Positions 1 to 6,459 of a stretch of 6,594 nucleotides of DNA are shown here, piece after piece. The DNA comes from Octopus sinensis. Lineage: Eukaryota. The notes beneath the pieces were generated by a model that had not been told where the DNA came from, ran no database searches, and saw only the letters and a list, made by a program, of their open reading frames with translations. Location: contig NW_021829015.1 in NCBI RefSeq assembly GCF_006345805.1, positions 1 through 6,594 of the forward strand, given 5' to 3'. The translations under genes and the position numbers were made by a program. Position 1 is the stretch's first letter. Every line of letters starts with the position of its first letter.

Positions 1-133
1 AATTATGAGCCAACGAGTCGTAAAATAACTTTATATAACCACACACACACATACGTATATATATATTCAGACAGACACACTCACATATATACGAGATAGA
101 CACAGCTAGAATGCCCTTGAACATTGGAAGCTT

Positions 134-204
134 GTCCAGGAACTAAATTCTCGGCATAATGCTCGTGAACCGAATACCATAACCAATACGTCACGTGTCT
201 TCAC
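134..204 (-). mobile_element. Decayed tRNA-derived SINE 5' head (tRNA-like region only)
   Basis: Minus strand reads gtgaagacacgTGACGTATTGGttatggtattcggttcacgagcattatgccgaGAATTTAGTTCCtggac. This gives a degenerate A box and B box at tRNA-like spacing and is colinear with the SINE head at 1519-1590 (ggaggcgcaatggcccagtggttaggg...gtttcgattcccagac). I found no body or tail downstream. Confidence 0.5.
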
Positions 205-300
205 CCCCCCCCCCCCCCCACGCACGCACGCCCACGGACAGACATACAAACATAGAAACATATACACACACGCACACGCACACACACACACGCACGCATA
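204..300. repeat. Poly-C run (204-219, 16 nt) followed by compound (CA)n/(CACG)n microsatellite
   Basis: Read directly from the sequence. Confidence 0.9.
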
Positions 301-614
301 CAGTTGATGGTCTTAACAGGGGAGCTATATTCTAAAGTGCAATATTTATATAATTAACACCAACAAAAACCAATAAAAACATCACCAAAAGCACAACAAA
401 AGGAGTGATGTAGAAATTATAGAGGCAGCATATAATTCCAGAGAGCGCCAACCGGTTTTGGGGAGTTTTATGAAAAAACAAAACATGACCTAAATTTGCA
501 ATGTTGTAACTGTGAGCATTACACTTCCAATAGAAGGCGACAGTGATGTGAATTGGAGTGAAGCATCATTGCTCACAACGTGTTGATATAGTACCGTTAT
601 TGTCCTTTGTTTAG

Positions 615-682
615 ATTTCAGATAACATACGTTGCTGGGAATACAGATTTGGTGTTGTTGAATGCTAGTACTGTTGTTGCGA
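615..682 (+). CDS. Candidate small coding exon (FQITYVAGNTDLVLLNASTVVA), unverified
   Basis: Acceptor tgtcctttgtttAG (613-614) and donor GTaact (683). Only one of three frames is open. No recognised homology; could instead be decayed repeat sequence. Confidence 0.2.
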
Positions 683-823
683 GTAACTCCAATGCACCGA
701 TGGCCGAACCGACAACAGATGAAAGTCTTTTTGTTTTGTTTTTCTTTTTCGATGTGTCTATCTTGTTTGTTCCATTTCCAGCCACCCTTTCATCTTGGCA
801 GGTGGTGGCTGTGTGATTTATCA

Positions 824-917
824 GGGATTGATAAAATAAGCACCAGTTCAGGACTGGGGTCGATGTAATCGTCTTAACATCTTCCACGAAATTGCTGGTC
901 AAAATTTGAAACCAATA
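824..917 (+). mobile_element. 5'-truncated 3' fragment of the SINE family found at 954-1984
   Basis: gataaaataagcaccagttcaggactggggtcgatgtaatcgtcttaa matches the central module of the units at ~1071-1117, ~1250-1301 and ~1468-1516. The tail (ccacgaaattgct) resembles the unit-3 tail (cccgaaactgct, 1934-1945). Confidence 0.75.
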
Positions 918-1506
918 TGATACATATCCTATTGTAATATTTAAACGCCATTTAGGTGGCGAGCTGGCAGAATCGTTAGCACGCCGGGCGAAATGCATAG
1001 CCGTATTTCGTCTGCCGTTACGTTCTGAGTTCAAATTCTGCCGAGGTCGACTTTGCCTTTCATTCTTTCAGGGTCGATAAATTAAGTTATGCACTGGGGT
1101 CGATATGATCGACTTAATCCCTTTGTCTATCCTTGTTTGTTCTCTCTGTGTTTAGCCCCTTGTGGGTAATAAAGAAATAGGTATTTCGTCTATTGCTACG
1201 TTCTGAGCTCAAATTCAGCCGAGGTCGATTTTGCCTTTTATTCTTTCGGTGTCGATTAAATAAGTACCAGTTACACATTGGGGTCAATATAATCGACTTA
1301 ATCCGTGTGTCTGTCCTCATTTGTCCCCTCTGTGTGTAGCCACTTCTGGGCAATAAAGAAATAAGAATCGTTAGCATGCCGGGGAAAATGCTTGGCGGCG
1401 TTTCGTCCCTCTTTACGTTCAGCGTTCGAATAACATCGCGGCCGACTTTACCTTTTATCCTATAGCAGTCGATAAAATAAGTACCAGTTGTGTACTGCGT
1501 GGGGGT

Positions 1507-1516
1507 TGGGGATATA
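1507..1516 (+). repeat. Target-site duplication, left copy (tggggatata)
   Basis: Identical to 1907-1916. Confidence 0.9.
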
Positions 1517-1906
1517 GTGGAGGCGCAATGGCCCAGTGGTTAGGGCAGCGGACTCGCGGTCATAGGATCGCGGTTTCGATTCCCAGACCGGACGTTGTGA
1601 GTGTTTATTGAGCGAAAACACCTAAAAGCTCCACGAGGCTCCGGCAGGGGATGGTGGTGATCCCTGCTGTACTCTTTCACCACAACTTTCTCTCACTCTT
1701 ACTTCCTGTTTCTGTTATACCTGTATTTCAAGGGGCCAGCCTTGTCACTCTGTGTGTCACGCTGAATATCCCCGAGAACTACGTTAAGGGTACACGTGTC
1801 TGTGGAGTGCTCAGCCACTTACACGTTAATTTCACGAGCAGGCTGTTCCGTTGATTCGGATCAACCGGAACCCTCATCGTCGTAACCGACGGAGTGCTTC
1901 CATCCA
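1517..1906 (+). mobile_element. Apparently full-length tRNA-derived SINE (~390 bp; possibly octopus OK-type), nested insertion
   Basis: Consensus A box TGGCCCAGTGG (1529-1539), B box GTTTCGATTCC (1573-1583), unique body, two 3' hairpins (1845-1871, 1878-1891), short ttccatcca tail, and identical flanking 10-mers tggggatata. Confidence 0.9.
1529..1583 (+). promoter_or_regulatory. RNA polymerase III type-2 internal promoter (A box 1529-1539, B box 1573-1583) of the nested SINE
   Basis: The A box matches TRGCNNAGTGG exactly. The B box differs from GGTTCGANNCC at one position. Spacing is tRNA-like. Confidence 0.75.
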
Positions 1907-1916
1907 TGGGGATATA
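1907..1916 (+). repeat. Target-site duplication, right copy (tggggatata)
   Basis: Identical to 1507-1516. Confidence 0.9.
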
Positions 1917-2044
1917 ATCAATTTATCCCTTTTCCCGAAACTGCTTTCTTTAAGCACAATTTGTTCTTAGTTCTAAAAGATATTGCTTTAGGCTTTGTTT
2001 GTTGCTGCCGTTCACTGGTCTTTTCATGTTCTAGGTTAGTTTGC

Positions 2045-2095
2045 TTCTCTCTCTCTGTCTGTCTGTCCGTCTGTCTGTCCGTATGTCAGTCTCTG
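2045..2095. repeat. (CT)n/(GTCT/GTCC)n microsatellite
   Basis: ctctctctgtctgtctgtccgtctgtctgtccgtatg read directly. Confidence 0.85.
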
Positions 2096-2178
2096 TTTCC
2101 TTTTCTTCCTCACTCAATTTATCAATGAACGTAAATACATATGTATGCAAGTGTGTATCGCTTTGAGTTTTATTTTAG

Positions 2179-2240
2179 CTCTTAAGCGACAAGACTTTTT
2201 GAAGAGAGTTCCCGGTGTGTTGGTTGAGCTGTCGATGCAT
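2179..2240 (+). CDS. Candidate small coding exon (xLKRQDFLKRVPGVLVELSMH), unverified
   Basis: Acceptor ttttattttAG (2177-2178) and donor GTaagc (2241). 62 nt, one open frame. Its 3' part is duplicated at 2352-2371, which weakens the call. Confidence 0.25.
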
Positions 2241-2246
2241 GTAAGC

Positions 2247-2250
<4 letters not shown>

Positions 2251-2279
<29 letters not shown>

Positions 2280-2421
2280 TGTATGTATGCACTACCCGAG
2301 TCATGGATTCGAACTACCCGAGCCAGGGATTCACTACCCGGGCCAGGGATTCGGTGTGTTGGGTGAGCTGTATGTATGTATGTATGTATGTATGTATGTA
2401 TGTATGTATGTATGTATGTAT
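2251..2421. repeat. (TATG)n arrays (~2251-2289, ~2371-2421) enclosing a 3 x 20-bp tandem repeat (2291-2352)
   Basis: Units are actacccgagtcatggattc (2291-2310), actacccgagccagggattc (2313-2332) and actacccgggccagggattc (2333-2352). Confidence 0.9.
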
Positions 2422-2546
2422 GAATGTATGAATATGTGCGCATGTGTATGTGTGTATGTAAGCAAGTATTATATATGTATGTACATAGGTGTGTAAGTAT
2501 GCATAGGCGTATGAAGATATATATATATATATATGCATGCATTTAC

Positions 2547-2720
2547 GTACGAATACACTTATGTAAATTTGCATAAAGCTGTGCGCGTGCCCGACTCTTG
2601 GTCCCCTGTATTGTAAGGTAGTTGATGGGCGTTTGAGTGAATAGAAATTGAAATTTTTGGGGCAGATGTCGTTGATGTAGCCGTACAACAAATGACGATC
2701 ATAAACCAGGAGCGTAATGG
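2547..2720 (-). CDS. Candidate coding exon (xITLLVYDRHLLYGYINDICPKNFNFYSLKRPSTTLQYRGPRVGHAHSFMQIYISVFV), unverified
   Basis: Minus-strand acceptor cttctaccccAG (2722-2721) and donor GTaaat (2546). 174 nt, phase-symmetric, open throughout, with an in-frame stop shortly upstream of the acceptor and many C-ending codons. No recognised homology. Confidence 0.25.
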
Positions 2721-2861
2721 CTGGGGTAGAAGTTCAACAGATTGTTTTTATATAAACAGACTGGCATCATTACACGTGTTGGCAAGAAACCAAACAATGT
2801 AGTTTTTTATTTTTATTTTAAATAAAACCACACTCACATATAAGTTAGCGCGCGAACACGT

Positions 2862-2999
2862 GTATATGTATATATATACACATATATATATATATATATA
2901 TATAATATAATATATATATATATATATATATACATGTGTGTGTGTGTGTGTGTGTATATATATAATATATGTGTGTGTGTATATTATAATATATGTATG

Positions 3000-3033
<34 letters not shown>

Positions 3034-3098
3034 CATACGTACACACTGAATACATACATACATACATATATATATTGTGTGTGTGTCTGTGCGTATAT

Positions 3099-3137
<39 letters not shown>

Positions 3138-3200
3138 TATATTATATATGCATGTATATATGTATTTTTATGCGCATGTACACACACACACAAACACACA
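2862..3200. repeat. Compound (TA)n/(TG)n/(CA)n microsatellite
   Basis: Read directly from the sequence. Confidence 0.95.
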
Positions 3201-3212
3201 CGCATACCTATG

Positions 3213-3380
3213 AAGAGAAATAAAGAGATAGAGAAGGGAAAAGGAGAGATCGGGAGAGAGCAAAGAAGGAAAGAATGAAAGAAAGAAAGGAAGAGGGAAA
3301 GAAAGAAAGACAGAAAGAAAGAAGGAAAGAAACAAAGAAACAAGGAAAGAAAGAAAGAAAAAGGAAAGAAAGAAAAAAAG
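3213..3380. repeat. Polypurine (GAAA)n/(GA)n tract
   Basis: About 170 nt that is almost purely A/G on the plus strand. Confidence 0.9.
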
Positions 3381-3407
3381 GTAGAAGATGAATTCCGATC
3401 ACGCCAG

Positions 3408-3500
3408 ACTTTTCGCTCGTGTGCATTTCCACCGTGTGAACAATATGTTGTATTACTCGTTGGCGTCAATCATAAAATGATACGAAAAACTGGCGTTGAA
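3408..3500 (+). CDS. Candidate coding exon (TFRSCAFPPCEQYVVLLVGVNHKMIRKTGVE), unverified
   Basis: Strong donor GTAAGT at 3501. 93 nt, phase 0-0, one open frame. The acceptor (cacgccAG) lacks a pyrimidine tract. Confidence 0.2.
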
Positions 3501-3560
3501 GTAAGTGAGGGAAGGCGTTTGAGAAGAGGCAGTTAACGGCTATTATATGATTGGATAACG

Positions 3561-3562
<2 letters not shown>

Positions 3563-3598
<36 letters not shown>

Positions 3599-3662
3599 TA
3601 TACATATATATGTAAATTTCTGTCTCTCTGTCTCTCTATCTGTCTCTCTGTCTCTCTATCTG

Positions 3663-3705
<43 letters not shown>

Positions 3706-3816
3706 GTCTGTCCATCTATCTGTCTATCGATCTATCTGTCTGTCTGTCTGTCTATCTATTTATCTATCTATCTTTCTATCTATCTATCTTTCTGTCTGTC
3801 TGTCTGTATGTCCATC

Positions 3817-3909
<93 letters not shown>
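3563..3909. repeat. Compound (TA)n-(TCTC/TCTG)n-(TCTA)n microsatellite
   Basis: Read directly, including a long pure (TCTA)n run at ~3826-3908. Confidence 0.95.
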
Positions 3910-3926
3910 ACACGTTTTTGTTTTAG

Positions 3927-3972
3927 GATTATTACAAACGATGGTTACACAATGGAAGCGAAGCATGCTATG
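3927..3972 (+). CDS. Candidate small exon (phase 0: [15 protein letters not shown]), unverified
   Basis: Acceptor gtttttgttttAG (3925-3926) and donor tatg/GTaatt (3973). 46 nt, all three frames open. Confidence 0.3.
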
Positions 3973-4598
3973 GTAATTGGCGAAAAGGAATTATGCTGTA
4001 GAAGATATATTAGATTTCCAAACAGACTGGATTCTATCTATACTACACAGTAAAAACGTGAACAGGCACCTCCTTTCGACATACATACATAGACGCAACA
4101 CAGTAAAATCGGTCAGGTTTCTGTAATTTATCTCTCTGAGAACCGGTTTTCCTTGTCTTTCAAAACCCACAACTGGTTCGTTGATCTACAACTACTACAA
4201 GAAAGATATATATCTCATAAGAACTGTGACATGAATGGTTTTAATTGGGGGTGGGTTAGAAACAAGAAACTCGGTTAGGGTATGAAGACGTCAAAAGGAA
4301 ACTGGAAATCGTTGCATTTGTTATTGTCATTTAAGCAAGTAGACATAGCATCAAAGACATTCCAAAAGAGACCACCCCTATATTTATCCCACCTCTACCC
4401 TGTCATTATCCTACCCCTGCCCTGACATTATCTCTACCACAGTGCAAGATATTTACTAAATTATTTAATGCATCCTAATTTTTAAATACCACAAGGTATC
4501 ATCTTGCAAGTATCTAACCCACTTGCAAGGTACCTGTTTTTGATTTGAAGGAGTTTTTGTTCTAGTTGTTGTTATTATTGTTGTTGTTAGGCTCCAAG

Positions 4599-4668
4599 TT
4601 AGTCATATGATAAAAAGCATTCCTGCCATGACAGTCCAGGTTCATTTCCGAATTCAGCGCATCTAGAA
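4599..4668 (+). repeat. Dispersed repeat copy A (unclassified interspersed element fragment)
   Basis: Ungapped manual alignment to 6460-6529 gives 58/70 identities. Confidence 0.85.
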
Positions 4669-4840
4669 CTAATTAATCTATTGGCCTCCTTGTTCTTGTA
4701 TATTTTTATTTTGTCAAGAGCGTAGAGTGTGATTTGAGAGTCATTTAGCTGCTATTTCTAACAGGTGAAGCTAACAAATACAATAAAGTAATGAGAGAAA
4801 ATCTAGATAAACACAATCTATACACACAAATACACACATA

Positions 4841-4951
4841 TATATATATATGTATGTATGTAAGTAAGTATGTATGTATGTATGTATGTATGTATGTATG
4901 TATGTATGCATGTATATACACATACACACATACACCACATACATACATACA

Positions 4952-4983
<32 letters not shown>

Positions 4984-5000
4984 CATACATATGTATATAT
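4841..5000. repeat. (TA)n-(TATG)n followed by inverted (CATA)n microsatellite
   Basis: (TATG)10 at 4869-4908 and (CATA)11 at 4938-4981. Confidence 0.95.
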
Positions 5001-5134
5001 AATATACATACAGGAGGGGTGCAAAAGTAGGTATATAGTAAGTATCATATCAATGTTATGATACTTAATTAATTTAAATTATTAACGCATTAAATTAGTT
5101 AACTTCATTTTTTATATTTTCAGTGTCATTAATC

Positions 5135-5537
5135 ATGGCTGTGTGGTAAGTAGCTTGCTTACGAACCACATAGTTACGGGTTCAGTCCCACTGCGTGGCA
5201 CCTTCGGCAAGTGTCTCCTACTATAGCCTTGGGCCGACCAAAGCCTTGTGAGTGGATTTGGTAGACGGAAACTGAAAGAAGCCCGTCGTATATATGTATA
5301 TATATATTTGTATGTCTGTGTTTCCCCCCCCCCCAATATGGCTTGACAATATCGCTTGACAACCGATCCTGGTGTGTTTACATCCTCTTAATCTAGCGGT
5401 TCGGCAAGAGAGGCCGATAGAATAAGTACTAGGCTTACAAAGAATAAGTCCTGGGGTCGATTTGCTCGACTAAAGACGGTGATCCAGCATGGCCGCAGTC
5501 AAATGACTGAAACAAAAGAAAAAGATAAATAAAAGAA
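5135..5537 (+). mobile_element. tRNA-derived SINE with CORE-like central region (octopus OR-type by recall), slightly 5'-truncated
   Basis: A box tggctgtgtgg (5136-5146), B box ggttcagtccc (5179-5189), CORE-like gcaccttcggcaagtgtc (5198-5215), internal (TA)n, 3' hairpin cagtc-aaat-gactg (5496-5509), and an A-rich (AAAAG/ATAAA) tail. Confidence 0.85.
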
Positions 5538-5616
5538 CAATGTTTTGTCGTAACTTTTAATTCTTTTACGTTTTTTTTTTCATGTTTTTTTTTATAACTG
5601 CATACCTACATCTGCA

Positions 5617-5618
<2 letters not shown>

Positions 5619-5650
<32 letters not shown>

Positions 5651-5740
5651 TAATAATAATAAATTAATCGATAAAACAAATGCATATATACATACATATA
5701 TGTACGTACCTACCTCTACATGTATATATACATGCATATA
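5619..5740. repeat. (TA)n/(TACA)n low-complexity tract
   Basis: Read directly from the sequence. Confidence 0.85.
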
Positions 5741-5741
5741 T

Positions 5742-5869
5742 GGGTACAGGACACACACAAAAAAAAAACGTCGAACACAATGAGAAACGAAAACATAAAC
5801 ACAAAACCAAGGAAATGGACATTTTTCTTAACACGAAAAAAATAGAGTACAGGACATAGAACACAGGAA

Positions 5870-5870
<1 letters not shown>
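5742..5870 (+). mobile_element. Possible decayed fragment of a cephalopod interspersed repeat (Penelope-like by recall)
   Basis: A-rich segment beginning gggtacaggaca, with an internal direct repeat gtacaggaca (5744-5753 and 5846-5855). The family assignment rests on memory only. Confidence 0.3.
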
Positions 5871-5903
<33 letters not shown>

Positions 5904-5965
5904 TCTATATAGAGATAGAGAGAGAGAGAGAGAGAGGAGACAGAGAGAGAGAGAAAGAGAGATAA

Positions 5966-6009
<44 letters not shown>

Positions 6010-6027
6010 GTAGATAGATAGATAGAT

Positions 6028-6058
<31 letters not shown>
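5871..6058. repeat. Compound (TA)n-(GA)n-(GATA)n-(CA)n microsatellite
   Basis: Read directly from the sequence. Confidence 0.95.
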
Positions 6059-6366
6059 AGTACTTATATAGTCATCGGGTCACGCTTGCTTAGATACGTT
6101 CGTGTGACTATGATCCTTCGTCCAATCTCTATTTTCCATCGTATGCGATTGTTCCTCTCGGGGTATCCGATGTCAACTGTTAACAGAATGGCGTATATTC
6201 TGAAACCAATATGCGATTTCAGTCAAGTTGAATTATCTATAAATAAGATGTCAGTAACCAGCTGCTATTTACTCCCAGTATCGTTACTTGGAGTGTAGGT
6301 GGGGTCTGTTTTTATGGGGTTGGCACATTTGGGGTTTACTGATAGGGTGTATTGAAATATGGTAGG

Positions 6367-6426
6367 CAGGGGCGAAGCCAGACTCAAAGTCTGTCCCGAG
6401 CAACACACACTCTAGGTACGCCACTG
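6367..6426. mobile_element. Possible tiny internally deleted DNA-transposon remnant (imperfect TIRs)
   Basis: caggggcgaagccag (6367-6381) versus the reverse complement of 6412-6426 (cagtggcgtacctag) gives 11/15 identities. CAG(G/T)GGCG ends resemble hAT-Tip100-type TIRs. There is no 8-bp TSD. Confidence 0.3.
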
Positions 6427-6459
6427 CTTATTAATCCAACAGAATTCAGTGAACTTTCC

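Larger units (their letters stand above)
954..1984 (+). mobile_element. Trimeric tRNA-derived SINE-like element (units ~954-1180, ~1181-1363, ~1364-1516 plus 1917-1984), interrupted by a second SINE
   Basis: Unit 1 has an A-box-like tggcagaatcg (965-975) and a B-box-like gagttcaaattc (1027-1038). Unit 2 realigns to unit 1 from gtatttcgtc (1181 vs 1003) through aataaagaaata. Unit 3 realigns from agaatcgttagc (1364 vs 969). It resembles an abundant octopus SINE as I recall it; the family name is not confirmed. Confidence 0.85.

Noticed and set aside
700-790. Hammerhead ribozyme or Penelope-like tail at ccgacaacagatgaaag
   Set aside because: The core reads CAGATGA rather than CTGATGA, with no stem II/GAAA downstream. 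Resemblance to a cephalopod repeat is from memory only, though it adds doubt to the 615-682 exon candidate.
1519-1590. Genuine tRNA gene
   Set aside because: It has A/B boxes, but the acceptor and anticodon stems are poor and it continues into a SINE body bounded by a TSD.
618-1854. ORFs 618-1034 (-), 1114-1377 (-) and 1651-1854 (+)
   Set aside because: They lie partly or wholly within non-coding SINE sequence, and no domain is recognisable.
951-1992. tttagg (951-956 and 1987-1992) as TSD of the trimer
   Set aside because: Only 6 bp, AT-rich, and overlapping the element head, so not distinguishable from chance.
2047-2090. Helentron/DINE-1-like GTCY microsatellite signature
   Set aside because: No subterminal inverted repeats or 3' hairpin were found, and such microsatellites are ubiquitous here.
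2291-2352. CRISPR-like array
   Set aside because: The repeats abut each other (0-2 nt apart) with no unique spacers, there are no cas genes, and the context is eukaryotic.
2771-2864. Paired E-boxes (tacacgtgtt at 2771-2780 and aacacgtgta at 2855-2864) as an inverted repeat
   Set aside because: CACGTG arises readily in CA/TG-rich sequence, and nothing else supports a regulatory role.
4640-4668. Helitron 3' end (CTAG) in the 70-bp repeat
   Set aside because: There is no convincing GC-rich subterminal hairpin, and similarity between the two copies continues past the CTAG.
2114-6059. Most long ORFs in the supplied track (YIHT, MYVC, IYLS, FLSF, CVCV repeats)
   Set aside because: They are translations of microsatellites that lack stop codons in some frames, with no protein-like complexity.
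2600-6221. Polinton-type DNA polymerase B motifs (DRHLLYG resembling DxxxLYG; LTVDIGYPE resembling LEVDLEYPE)
   Set aside because: The matches are very short, about 3.5 kb apart, and in the wrong order on the minus strand. Likely coincidence.
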